From: Eledone cirrhosa
Lineage: Eukaryota
DNA length: 64,000 nt
Reading direction: 5' to 3'
Assembly: GCA_964016885.1 (NCBI GenBank)
Contig: OZ024743.1
Span: forward strand, 25,668,001-25,732,000
In this document: piece after piece, positions 28,082 through 41,814 of the stretch
Numbering within the stretch: the stretch's first letter is position 1
Layout: the number at the start of each line of letters is the position of its first letter
The notes under the pieces: model-generated
The model's input: the letters and a program-made list of their open reading frames with translations, nothing else
Told to the model about the DNA's origin: nothing
Databases searched by the model: none
Position numbers and translations under genes: made by a program

Positions 28082-29849
28082 AATAATATTAACACAACTA
28101 CTATTATAACTACTTATACAACTAGACGACTTCTAAAAACTAATCGTCGTTTTCTCTAGTTTGTTTGCTCGCTTTATTATTTAAGTCTCTACTCTTGTAT
28201 CTCAGGAATTTCTGAAGCTAGGGCGTCCATTTTTACAATTAATATAACATCGTTTCACTTTTATCTTGTTTGTTCTTGAAATTTTGCGTTTTTAAACAAG
28301 TTATTTGAATATTAATTAATGTGACTCAGTTCTATTCAACATGCCATATGCCGATCAAGCTACGGTTTATAGGAAAAACAAAATCAGTTACTAAAAGCAA
28401 AAATGCATAGGATATTAATTCACTTTCAAAGATGGAGAAAGAGAAAATGACAGAGAGGAGGAAACAAGGGATAGAGAAAATGACAGAGAGAGGGAAACGA
28501 GAGAAAGAGCAAATGACAGAGAGGGGGAAGTGAGAGGTAGAGAGAGAGAGGATACATAGCAACACAATTTCTTTCAGATTTCGTTAGCTCTATCAGTTAA
28601 ACGTGCATTCAAATATTCAAATAGTGTCCACATATGAAGAGAAAACCTTTTTCTTTTTCTTTTTCATTGGTTAATATATTTTGGTTAATAGTATGTCAAA
28701 GGGAGACATGACAGGATGGATAAAAAGTTCTCTTATTCTACCTGTAATTCACTGATTCTCCCTGATATTTTACATTAAGGTTACATATATCTGTGGAATA
28801 TTCAGCCAATTAATGAAGAGGCTGTACCGCTGTTCCAACAATTGGAATACATACGGTTAAACCAACGGAGATCTATTACTATGTCATATACATTCATATA
28901 CATTCATGTACAACGAAATAAGAGTTTTCGCTATTTCTCTTCCAATTTTTCCTCGTTCCCTTCCCTTTATCGGCCCCTTTTCTCCCCTCTCTCACTCATG
29001 TGTCCTTAAATATTAGTTTCGAACATAGGCACGGGACCTAGGCAACATCACAATCTACGGTGGTTCTTGTAAAATCATTTGTTACAATGCTTTGCTAACG
29101 AGGGTCTGTGTATGGAAAAATATGTTGATGAAAGTTAATGAAATACATACGTATGTACATCTAAGCCTGCACACATATATGTCATAACTGTTCATCGCAT
29201 ATTTTTCGGCCATCAAGCATGATATGACATAATAGGCACGAGGCCAGTAATTTTTTTTGTGGGGGGGGGGGGGGGAGGTAAAGTGAATTATATCAAACCC
29301 AGTACTTGACTGGTGCTTATTTTATCAACTTCGACGTTTGAAAGGCAAAGTTAACCTCGGCAAGATTTGAAATCAGACCATAAAAAACCTGACAAAAATA
29401 CCGCAAAACATTTTATCTGACGCTCTAAGGATTCTGCCAACAGACCTTCCACACGAGTTGTTTAATAATTGTTTCTACTTTTGGCACACGACCAGCAATT
29501 ATTCAAGGTGCATTACTGGTGCTTTATTTTATCGACGCCGTATTGCTTAATAATATTGAGCCAATATGTCGACTCCATTAGGCTACAAAATATAAGTTGT
29601 GGTAATGAATATACATACATACATTTCATGGAAACATCATCAACATATATGATGTAAACAGAACGGGTTGCAGTTTCTCTCCTATGTATGTAACTTCACC
29701 TTTTTCCCAGCAATGCTAAATCATCTGCCAGAAGAAGTAAAAGAAATGATTGCGTTTGGTAAACTCTTCTCGATGATGAGAGAAAGGTATCACAAGACTA
29801 CCATAGAAGTATAGGTGAAAAACTAAATGATAAATAGATCTTTAACCAA

Positions 29850-30038
29850 ATAATTGTTTCTACTTTTTGGCACAAGGCCAGCAATTACCCAGTGCATTAC
29901 TGGTACTTTATTTTATCGACCCCGTAAGGATGAAAGGCAAAGTCAACCTCAGCGGGATTTGAACTCAGATCGTTAAGGGACGTAACTATGCTGGAAAGTA
30001 TGGCATCCGACCCTCTACCGATACTGCCAATCCACCGC
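29850..30038 (-). mobile_element. Full-length tRNA-SINE
   Basis: TSD agatc(t/g)ttaaccaa(a/t)taat; all family motifs. Confidence 0.9.
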
Positions 30039-31078
30039 CAGATCGTTAACCAATTAATATGCCCTGAAGAGTGTCCCCAACTTCTGGTGGAGTCGCAGAA
30101 ACGTCTAGAACATTTAAACCATTTTTTCGCCGGCATATACGGAAGGTAAGGTGGCGAGTTGGCAGAGTTGTGGGAATATCAGATAGAATGGTTTGCAATA
30201 TTCGTTCCCGCTCTCTGCGCCCTGAGTTCAAATCCCTTCATGGTCAACTTTGCCAGGTCAATTCTTCCTCTATATCACTCTCATTTCATCTCCGAAGAAA
30301 TCGGCTGTGATCACATTTAGAAAGGAATGTGCTTCGCCAGGTTTAAAATGCTCCTGTTCCTACGGTACCTCTACCACTCCACCATGAGTGTTTCGGGCCC
30401 ATGCATATGTACATAAATGTGTCTCATAAAAAAAATCCTGTATTTGAAGACTGGGTGCGAATGATGCGGCGAAATAGATGGATGTGGCTGATTGCCGTGG
30501 AGATGTAATAGTAACACAAATTTGCATACACCACCACCAACACTCCTTCCTTCTAACATCCTCTCACCTGCTTCATCGTCACATTAACAACGGGGTGGCT
30601 AGCTACAACCCTCACCCACAAAAAATAATAACGATGTGTCTAGAATGGAGAACGGTCCAGAATAACAATGCTTTTTCTTAATGTGGTAGTTAGTGTCAGA
30701 GTGAACATGTTGATGTCTTGATCGACGCAAAGCATTGAAAGTTAACGAATTTTATATTTGGATCTGTACATATACGACAGGAAAACAAATAGAAAGACTG
30801 ACAAATTAATAGTCGCTTTGATGAATAAACGTAAATTTAAGAAAAATAAATATATTCAGTACATACAGTAGAGTTTATTTATTCGTTCGAAGGTGAGGAT
30901 TCGCTCTGATGCTGATCAAAGTTTTCTTTCTCAGAGAAACTATGAATAGTGATTGAGTAAATCATCATCTTCGGAAAAATCTCAATTTTTTTCTTTCTCT
31001 CATTTCCTCTCCATCACTTTCTCTCTTTCTCTTCCACCCTCTCTCTCTACTCTCCCTCTGCCTCTCTTTCCTTCTCTG

Positions 31079-31122
<44 letters not shown>

Positions 31123-31222
31123 CAAGAGATGTCAACATGAATGGACCTGTTATTTTTATCTGAAGACATTTTTCCCATTTCCATCCCGCCCGTCCCCTCA
31201 ATCTATCTTATTTCTCATTATT

Positions 31223-31259
31223 CCTTCTGATGAAGGAATATCGTCCGAAACGTTAAGAG
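31223..31259 (+). ncRNA. Minimal Penelope-type hammerhead motif (family G)
   Basis: cctt CTGATGA a gga atatcg tcc GAAA cgtt aag. Confidence 0.65.
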
Positions 31260-31362
31260 CCTCTTCCTGCTATAGCAAGCGTTAATCTAATATATCCCTT
31301 CCATATACTGTACCGATTGTGTTGTTATTTCTGTTTACCTTTTACACACAAACACACACACT

Positions 31363-31660
<298 letters not shown>

Positions 31661-31833
31661 CTATTATTACTCCAAGTATAACCTGCATAAAAATTACCGC
31701 GAACTCGCTGCATCACCATGGAAGCGTCTTGTTGAGTCAAACTAAGCCGCACGTTAAAACCATCCACAAAACGGAGTACTCTAACTGGACTACCTCTAAG
31801 TGGATCACCTATAACGATAACTTGTTATCCCAT

Positions 31834-31877
<44 letters not shown>

Positions 31878-31991
31878 AGATAAGCAGAACAAGTAAAATT
31901 CAACCAATTTTTCAAAATAAATCAAAATTAATTTAAAATTAAAATTAATTAAAATTAAAAAATATAATATAAATATTTACCTATTCAGGTG

Positions 31992-32072
31992 GCCCTTACT
32001 GTACAGTTTCACTTTGCAAAACATTAGATATCCTATGGATATTAATGGAAAAACAAAGATCATCAGAGAAGC
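31992..32072 (-). ncRNA. Type I hammerhead motif with long stem II
   Basis: tct CTGATGA t ctttg..catta atatcc ata ggatat c taatg..caaag t GAAA ctgtacag TA agg. Confidence 0.7.
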
Positions 32073-32207
32073 ATTTTCCTTTCCTAGGGTTAAAAACCCA
32101 GGAACGATAAAATATATGACCTCTTCGCCAGCTAACACAGGCCTGACTTAGACATATTAACTTTATTCATATATATATATATGTATATGTACATATATAT
32201 GTATATA

Positions 32208-32324
<117 letters not shown>

Positions 32325-32526
32325 TGTGTTTGACCTGTTTAGCTTGCCTGGTCTTTTTGGCTTAGGTAGTTGATGGCTTCTTGACCGCCTTCTTAGTTTG
32401 TTTGGCCTTTATAACCTGTTTATTGCTCTGGTCTCTATTTGGTCCATGGAGCGCTTGCCAGCATAATTCGGATATTGTGTTTCGCTTTGTTTTCGACCAT
32501 AGCCGAAATACGAATCTCGCTGAAAT

Positions 32527-32582
<56 letters not shown>

Positions 32583-32587
32583 CTGTA

Positions 32588-32627
<40 letters not shown>

Positions 32628-34714
32628 TACAGATTAAAGTTCAGGCAAAGAATTTCTGCCTTCACCCTCTACGTGATCTTCTGAAACTGAGAGAAATCTA
32701 TCTGTAGACGCAGTAAATATTTCAAAAATGCATGAAGACTCGCCCCAGCTGGTTTTAACAGGAGACAGACAGACAGACAGTTCAAGTGTCACATCTGTGA
32801 ATGTACCTGCAAAACAAAAGTCAACTGCGTGCATATGATCGTGCAATGTTCAATGAAGGGATGGCACTCTTCTGACAAGAATTAGCAACCAACATATATA
32901 TAATATATATACATAATATGCGGGTCGGATTCAAGAGACGAGAGGTCACAGAATTAGTGAATTAACAAGGGATTTGATAACTTTCAATGCTACAATCTGT
33001 TTCTCTCGGGAAACATTATGTAGTAAGATAGCCTCTTAACCAAGCCATTCATCTCCCATCTTCAAAACACTTCTGAACCGAAAATATACACTAATTCTAT
33101 AGATTCTTATAATTCGGAAAAGAGTAAATTCTTGCTATTTTTCAGAGAACAAATTTAGATGTCAGTGCAGATCAGCGAGAAGAAATTTTGCAAAGAGGAA
33201 TAGAATATTTTATTACGGTGAACTACATTAAGGGTACTCGTGTCTGAAATGCTCAGCCACTTATATCTTTATTTGAGAGGAAGGTATATCCGTAGATTGA
33301 ATCAACAGGAGCAGTGCTCATCAGAAACGTTAGAGGCCCAACAATAGAAAATGTAGATTCGAGTTCACTTTGTATCTGCTTATTTATTTTTATATTTTTT
33401 TCTCTATTTATATCCAACCAATTTATACATTCAATATCAAGAAATTTAATGTTTTTTTTATTTTATTATATTCCTTGTTTTACTTCTAACTCACGTCGTT
33501 ACCCTTACACACACACTCTTCCATTATTTGTCCTTATCTTTCTCCTAAATCTTTCCCCTTTTTTATAATTTCTTACACTTTTCTTCTTGCTATTTTTGTG
33601 TGTCCCTCTAATTTTCATCCCCATCTCTCTCTCTATCTATCTCTCTCTCTCTCTCTCACACACGCACACACACATAAATACGCTGCCCCAACCCATCTCT
33701 TTCTTCCTCATTCATTAACGATGTTATCTTCATTTCCTCTGACAGGCGACAATGTCATTCGTAAGTGATCATTGTATAATGATCTGGCGCTTTTCGTTAC
33801 CATCCGCACCATGTCATTTAGGGCTTAGGAAAAGCCCCTTGTCTCTTTTAATCTTACACCCAATAAAACGTATTACAGATATCCAATAAAAGGTATTCCT
33901 TTTCATCTAAATCAAATTTTCCTGGCTACTTTATTTATTTATTTATTTTGTGTACTTTTTAATGTCTGTATATGTTTTACTTTTCCAGATTTGCTGTCAC
34001 ATTGTGTTATTTACAAACAAAATTAAAAGTTAAAAAAGAAGAAACCTGACGACGGAAAATAAGAAAGAAAATTATATTGCTAAAATGACTCGAAACAAAA
34101 ATATTTACGAAACAATGGATAAGAATAAAATACAGAAAATAAACAATGAATATGAAAATCTTCCCCCCTAAAAAAAAACATCATCGACAGCGATCGGAGA
34201 TTTTTTTGTATTTGTTGCCTTTTTGTTTATTTTAATTTAAATTTTGTTAATGTTATTTATTTATGTATTTATTTATTTATTCGGAGATTTTGTCAATGAT
34301 GAAAATAAAAAAATATATAAGATAGAATAAATAGCCAATAAATAAGTAGAGTTTTATGATGCAATTTCGTTTATTCTTTATCATAATTACTGTCACTCTG
34401 TTATTGTCATTGGCTTCATTAAAATACAGTCATTATTATTTTTGTTTTTACTATTAATGTGTCTTATTATTATTATTCCAAGTAGAGCGATATAAGCAGA
34501 AAATCAGTTGAGTGCCAGACATAAAATGCCAGTAATTAGTTACGTTTGCGTTTTTCTGTTTTTTATGTTTTGAATTGAGCTCTCGTCGTGGGTCGACATT
34601 ACTTTTCATCTTTCCAGGTCCAAAAGATAAACTACCAGTCAAGCACTGGGTTGGATTTAATCGTCTAACCCGTCCCTTCAAATCTGATGTCCTTGTGCCT
34701 TTGTTAGAAATTAT

Positions 34715-35150
34715 AAGGGTGGTGGATTAACTGAATCGTTAGAGCAGCGGAGTGGAGGATTAACTGAATCATTAGAGCACCGGACAAAATGTTTTAAGTG
34801 TTTGTTTGGGTTATTCGCGTTCTGAGTTCAATTCTCACCGCGGTCATCTTAGCCTTTCATGCATTAGAAGGTCAATAAAATAAAGTATCAGCCAATTACG
34901 AGAGATCAATTTAAACGACTAACTTTTCCAACCAAATTTCTGGATGTGTGCCTCCTACGATAGAAATAATTATTATCAAAGAAGGGAGGCGAATGACAGA
35001 ATTGGTAGTGCGTCAAACAAAACATATTGAGGCATTTATCACGTCTTTATGCACCAAGTTCGAATCTCGCCAAGGTGGTCTAAATGGATCCCAGTCAAGT
35101 ACCGAGATTAATTGATTACACCTCTCCCCCGTGTCTATCTTAGAAATCAA
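34715..35150 (+). mobile_element. Degenerate tRNA-SINE cluster
   Basis: B-boxes gagttcaattct and agttcgaatctc, degenerate Nin domain, duplicated head. Confidence 0.6.
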
Positions 35151-35406
35151 GTCGTTGTGATGTTAGAATTGGTAGTTGTTATCGTAGTTGTTGTTGCTTT
35201 CAACTTTCTTTAGCGCTTCAGCTGCACCTTGCACTATTATTTAAGCTGGTTCTTTTTTTAGTGGTGGGGATAGGGAGGCGCTTTTTCACTCTTCTAATTT
35301 TACAACTTCAGACCACTTTAGTTGTGCCCTCTTCTAAAGGAGTTTGCACTATTTATGTTGATTTTATTTTCCCATTTTTAACACACACATACACATATAT
35401 TTACAT

Positions 35407-35486
<80 letters not shown>

Positions 35487-35993
35487 ACACACACTCCATC
35501 TTTATTTCAATATCTCCCTCTTCTCTCTAGCTTTCTGTCTCTCATTAATCTCCTTCCATCCTTTGTATTCTATCTTTTTCTGTACACCTCTTGTTCTCTC
35601 TCATATTTCATCTTATATTGTATTCAATGTCTCGGTCTTGGCCGTTCTTTTCTCATTTATATACAATGCTAACTACTGTTTCTGCCATTTACAGATACAT
35701 TCAGACGACATACATATTCAAACACGTACGTCTGCGGATATCATTTTAGAGACAGTTTAATAAAAAGAGTTTTTATTGTCTTAAAGAACAAATAACATTT
35801 TTTTCTTTTGTATCGGGAAGGTGAATATATTTGACCTTCTCGATCCCAGTAAAGTATTCAGACATTCGTTATCAAGCTTTTTATGAAAGGCTATGTTGAT
35901 CCTTGAGAGAAAAGGACTCAAAGGACAGTGGCGGAAAAAGAGACAACGAAACTAACTGGGTTTGTTTGTGCTGTTGTTGTTTTTCCTACACTG

Positions 35994-36080
<87 letters not shown>

Positions 36081-36535
36081 TGTGTGTGTGTGTGTGTCAA
36101 ACGCAGTAGCATTCATATTCTTTATCTACTAAACGGGTGCCGTGTTGATCAAATCGGCCCAATATATAATCTGAACTTGACCGACCACTTTCTTTGCATG
36201 CCCTTCGCTGTCGAGAGACCTCCAATGTTTTTGGTACCTGAATTGAGGATGAAGACGCATGAAGCAGAGTAGCTGATGCAGCAGGTATCGCTGGGTGTTC
36301 TTCACGGCAACGCGTTCGTCATTTTATCCATGGGATACAACTGAGATATACCACCAAGACAGGGGTTGCAGAGTCTGCCTCTCCCTCCCCCTTTCCCTTA
36401 TTGTTGATACTCAATGTTATTTCTTTATCTCTTTCTTTTTTTTAATAAGCAAATGAGGATGAATTGTAAATTTCTTTCGTTTGTATCTAAATAAAATCTT
36501 GTTCATGTAATTAAAACACCAATTCTTCTAAATTA

Positions 36536-36704
36536 CCGTATTTCCCGGCACCGAAGACGCTTCGTCCTCGAGGACGCACTCTAATTTTGACAACCAACAA
36601 TTTGAAAAAAAAATACTAAACAACCTTCGGCCTCCAGGACGCATAGTAGATTTTTGTGACTTATTTTAAGAAAAAAGTAGCGTCTTCGACGCCGGGAAAT
36701 CCAG
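36536..36704. mobile_element. TcMar (Tc2/pogo-like) MITE
   Basis: TIRs ccgtatttcccggcaccgaagacgc / gcgtcttcgacgccgggaaatccag, TA flanks. Confidence 0.8.
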
Positions 36705-36756
36705 TACTTACTGTTAAGGAACCTTACTATTATCTTACATTCTAGTTCTGGCCATC

Positions 36757-36975
36757 ATAATGGTTTCTGATATAGGCACAAGGCCAGCAATTTTGTGGAA
36801 GGGGCAAGTCGATTAAATCAATCTAGTGCGTAACTGGTACTTTATTTTATCGACCCCGTAAGAATGAAAGGCAAAGCTAACCTCGGCAGGATTTGAACTT
36901 AGAAAGTAAAGAGCCGTAACTCTATGCCACAAAGTAGGGTATCTGACGCTCTACCGATTCTGTCAATTCACCGCC
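36757..36975 (-). mobile_element. Full-length tRNA-SINE
   Basis: TSD tagttct(g/a)gccatcataatg. Confidence 0.9.
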
Positions 36976-37065
36976 ATAGTTCTAGCCATCATAATGGACG
37001 GACGATTTTTCTTAATGATTTGGCATCAAATAATCTAGCAACCTACTTGCATTATTTCCCCTTGA

Positions 37066-37256
37066 GGGTGGTGAATTGGCAGGATCGGTAGAGGGTGTCG
37101 GACAACATGCTTTCCAGCATAGTTACGTCCCTTTACGTTCTGAGTTCAAATCCCGTCGAGGTTAACTTGGCCTTTCATCCTTACGGGGTCGATAAAATAA
37201 AGTACCAGTAATGCACTGGGTATTTGCTGGCCTTGTGCCAAAAGTAGAAACAATTA
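37066..37256 (+). mobile_element. Full-length tRNA-SINE
   Basis: TSD attatttccccttgag. Confidence 0.9.
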
Positions 37257-37559
37257 TTTCCCCTTGAGTAATAATAAACTAGGAGTATTTTTCAAGTTTA
37301 AACCAATTCTATTCTCATGCTGCTATTATTCTTGTTAGGCCCCAAAAATGGTGATGAAAGGCTTCCAGTCGAGACTATCCCATCTTTTTTCTAACCCTAA
37401 TTTATGTCTAGAAATGCATTATACAGCATGTTCTTAAGATATAGTCTTTCTAGAACTACATTAAATGTGTCTGTCAGACATAAAATATATACTACAACAT
37501 CATATATCGTGTTCGTCATACATTACATAAAGTATTCTTTAGACAAAGTATATCAAGGA

Positions 37560-37653
<94 letters not shown>

Positions 37654-37720
37654 ATTATATTCCTTGATACACTTTGTCTAAAGAATACTTTATGTAATGT
37701 ATGACTGTATGCTGTATGTA

Positions 37721-37772
<52 letters not shown>

Positions 37773-37788
37773 TAAAATAACAGATTAA

Positions 37789-37839
37789 AGTTTAAGCAAA
37801 GAATCGCTGCTTTCACCCTTAACGGGATCTTCTGAAACT
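37789..37839 (-). ncRNA. Type I hammerhead motif with variant core (identical copy 39313-39363)
   Basis: agttt CAGAAGA t ccc gttaa ggg t GAAA gca gcgattctt tgc TT aaact. Confidence 0.65.
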
Positions 37840-38079
37840 AACAAAGTCAATCTGTAAACGCAGAACCGGATATTTCAAAACTCGTTGCTACCGGAGGAAG
37901 ACAGGAAGACGATACTTTGGTTCGTGGAAACGTTCGCTGGCTATGCAAATAAGTAAAGGTATAAACAAAACATATACTTAGCTCCCACATCGAGACGTAA
38001 AATATCCACGTATAGATCGTACTATCCGTTAGGGTATAACGTGGGGCTGTAATACAGGAAAGTTTTGTGCAATTTATGT

Positions 38080-38308
38080 TTACAAGCCGTGGGTGTTACA
38101 ACCTTACATTTGTAGACAATGTTACTAGAGAGGCATTTCCCGGATAGGGGGCAATCAACCCGATTCCTACAATTACAGTTAGTACTAACTACAGGGTTGC
38201 ACGTGTTCCTACGGCTAGGTAGTTTAGCTAAATTTGAAGCTGTGATGTTATGTGCAAGGTTAGGAGTCGTAGAGTAAGAAATTTTAATAGTATTTCTATT
38301 AAAAATAG
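38080..38308 (-). pseudogene. Penelope RT-thumb/linker to GIY-YIG start
   Basis: Manual in-frame translation IFNRNTIKISYSTTPNL...CNCRNRVDCPLSGKCLSSNIVYKCKV (CxCx5Cx5C linker); not in ORF track. Confidence 0.85.
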
Positions 38309-38347
38309 TAATAATAATAAATTTGAAGACTTTAATCTGTTATTTTA

Positions 38348-38422
<75 letters not shown>

Positions 38423-39129
38423 TACAATAACAGAGATAGCTTAAAGCTAAACTCCGACTGGTAACCATCTCACTCAACAAACATTAGGTTATATGTTAGT
38501 ATAAACCCAATTTAAGTGTTTGGGGTGCTAACTATATGTATTTTGTGGAAAGCCAGTTGTATTATTTTATGAGATATAATTAAAGTTAAAATATATCTCT
38601 CTTTCCAAACAATTGTTTCATTATAAGTTTTCTACAAATTGGGAGAATGTTTCCAGTTCATGTAGAAGCCTAACATATATTCATGTAAGAATATATTTAG
38701 GTGGGCACTTATAAATCTTCAGTGGAAGCCCATTAAACTTTGATATAAGAAAAACTTCTTACCGCAGTTAAAATTCATGTCTGCTAAGCTGCTCCTTCAC
38801 GCATCGAATGACCGCCAAATTTGAAATTCCAGCAGTCTTTTGACTGAGGAAGTTTCATAGCGTCACGAAGCGGGAAAGGGAGACAACCACGATTCACGAG
38901 AAAAGAAAATAATACACACGTGGGTTAATTAGTTTTTTCAAAAACATTATCAATCCAACGTGTTAAGAACTCAATTGAAATTAAAAAAATAAATGTATGC
39001 GTGTATTAATTACACACGCATATAGATATTTTCTTAGGCTAAAAACAAGTGATACCTAAAATAAAACTATATATATATAGTTATAATAATAAATGTGAAG
39101 ACTAAAATCCGAAGAGGGCTCTATATATA

Positions 39130-39206
<77 letters not shown>

Positions 39207-39699
39207 ATAATAATAAAATTGAAGACTAAAATCCAAAGAGGGCTCGATAAGGAAAATATATATCAAATATATAAGAACCGTAGAGCAAATATTTATTAAA
39301 ATAACAGATTAAAGTTTAAGCAAAGAATCGCTGCTTTCACCCTTAACGGGATCTTCTGAAACTAACAAAGTCAATCTGTAAACGCAGAACTGGATATTTC
39401 AAAAAACGTTGCAACCGGAGGAAGACAGGAAGACGATACTTTGGTTCGTGGAAACGTTCGCTGGCAAAGAACGGGAAAAAACGAATAATACGTCATTAAT
39501 AGGAGCGGTGAAAAACAATTACGCGCAAAGACAGAACCACGTTTATGGTATAAAAGAGGCCGTAGACTAATGTTCGAACGAAAAAACGGCAATGAACAAA
39601 AAAACGTTTTCTTCTTCTATATTCCTTTTCCCCTTCTTCTCTCTTCTTCTCTTAGAGGATATGATCTCCACAATTGTTACAGGTCCACACAACATATTA

Positions 39700-40060
39700 G
39701 TTTGAAAGTAATTCAGATAATCTTCGCAGTACTTAATAGTGTACTTCGCAGTACTTAATCTATTTTCTGTATTTTTTTTAAGCATTCCCAAGTCACTTCT
39801 TATGGGAATTATTTCTGATTTCATTGTTTTTCTTGCCCATATTCTGGTTATCACTGTTTCTAGATCTTTATATTTCAATATTTTCTGTTTCGTTTAAGGA
39901 TATATTATTGTCTGTTAAGACTAATTCATGAAAGTCACTCTTTTTCTTGATGGTCATTGACCATGATATAACTTTGGTTTGCATTAGTCTCCATGTCAAT
40001 GAGAACTGATATATCCCAAAGTGTAGACACTGTTCATCTCTGAAACTTTTTCTTATGTAG
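39700..40060 (-). pseudogene. R4/Dong-like non-LTR restriction-like endonuclease relic
   Basis: LWDISVLID, NNISLNEQK, KYKDLETVITRIW, IIPI, LGMLKK. Confidence 0.7.
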
Positions 40061-41441
40061 ATAAATTATAATGTTGGCATTATTTTCAATGTATGAAAGT
40101 ACCAATCGGATAATTCATCCACTGCTGCAAGACAGTATTTAACCTTGAGAGCTAGAATAATCCGTAGTTTGTGGATTTCCATCATTGGCCCCCTTCCCCC
40201 GTAGATACTCCTCCAGTGAGATGTTTCATTTAATGTATTTCTAAATAATGTTTTCAACAATTTATCCGTATAATATCTCCTCATCCGATGCCTTTGTTTC
40301 TAATAAAGATTTCATTGTTGTTGTCGTCGTTTCTTGTCCCCGTAAGAGGTGCTGATTTGTCTTCCTATTCTGAATTAGATTTTATTGATTTAAAAAACAA
40401 AATAGTGTTGTTGTCTTTTTCTGCGCCATATCGAGTAGGACTATTATAAAGAAAGGTTACACGGTTGTATTATGTTTAACACTATGTTGGTCAACCTCCT
40501 TACATGTACAAGAAATGGGACTAAATTAAGGCTAAGGATGGGCAGGCAGACTATTGAAGGAGAAAATAAAAGAAACGAAATAAGAAACAACAAGCCTTGT
40601 TAGCATCCAGGAGACTGGAAGTATTGCTTGACCTCAGGGATCTGTGGTAGTTAATTGTTGTCAGGCAACACAGTAACAACAGACTCCTAAAAAAAATCAT
40701 TTGACCTAGAGGACAATCAACCAGCTTTTACATGGATGTACTGGAAGCTAAAGTTAAAAATCTAGGATGCCTGAAAGATAGTTTCGGTCAAGATCCAGCG
40801 AGGGGACTGTGGACGTGTAAAATACATTTTCCCAGATAATGTAGGTCTTTTCAAGGCTAAACCCATCGAAGAAATGCTCATGGGTACATTTGTTTATTGC
40901 GTCTCGAATATAATGCTCTGTTGACCAACATAGACGTCTGACACTGATTCAAACTAGCATGAGGTTTCTCACCCATGTGTAGATGGAATGTCTTAAATAG
41001 TTTTCATATTTTTCTTTAATATTTAATTCTATTTTAATTATTTTGTTTGTTTGTTTCTTATAATATATATTTATTGTTTTTATCAAATTTTAAATATGTT
41101 CATTACTCTTTCCTCTTTTTTTATATAAATTTGTCTTTTCCTTCCTGAAATTGACTGGCATTTAAGAAAGCAAGTCACAACAAATGTTGTTCTTCTTCTT
41201 ATCATTATTATTATTATTATTATTGAATGCTATGGTTGACGGAGGCTCGGCTCTGTAAGGTATTGTAAATTTTGACCGCTATAACAATTGTAAATTGTTT
41301 AAAACTTTAACCAACTTGTAGACAAAAACACCCTCCTCCTCGTGAGAGGGGTCTTTCTGTCCGTTATTTGGCCCTTCGGGGTTAAATAACCGCTTATTGG
41401 GGTTTTGTGCCCAATATTTATTTTAAACAACAAAAAAAAAC

Positions 41442-41783
41442 ATGTCTACGAAAAAGAATTTTCATAGGTCACTCCCACTCATTCCGTCTTCTTCTTCCTC
41501 AATCGTCACTACAGCAGAGAGAAGGTTGTCTCTCTCCCTCCCTTCTCTTTCGCAAGCGACGCCAGAAAAGAAAAATCACGTGCAAAGCGTGCAAGATTTC
41601 TCCACGACGACGACGACAACGACGAAAAAGGTGTGCGGGAAATACGAAAACCCATTTCATTCGTCTGACGTCAGGAATAATAGCAGTAGCAGCCGTAATA
41701 ACAGCAGCAGCAGCAACAATGACAAGGAAAACAACTGTAGCAGCCGCAACAGCATCAGCAGCAGCATAAACAACAACAGCATT

Positions 41784-41814
<31 letters not shown>

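Larger units (their letters stand above)
37768..38352 (-). mobile_element. Penelope-like element (Naiad-type) 3' fragment with an inverted terminal copy
   Basis: ORF fragment plus hammerhead; terminus tttattaaaataacagattaaagt inverted at 38329-38352; (AT)n on both sides; 3' end repeated at 39292-39465 and, diverged, 32624-32712. Confidence 0.8.

Noticed and set aside
38080-38308. Selenocysteine-coding Naiad
   Set aside because: All linker cysteines are TGT/TGC here; no in-frame TGA seen
40715-40765. RT motif-like INQLYMDV
   Set aside because: Isolated, lacks the DD pair and supporting motifs
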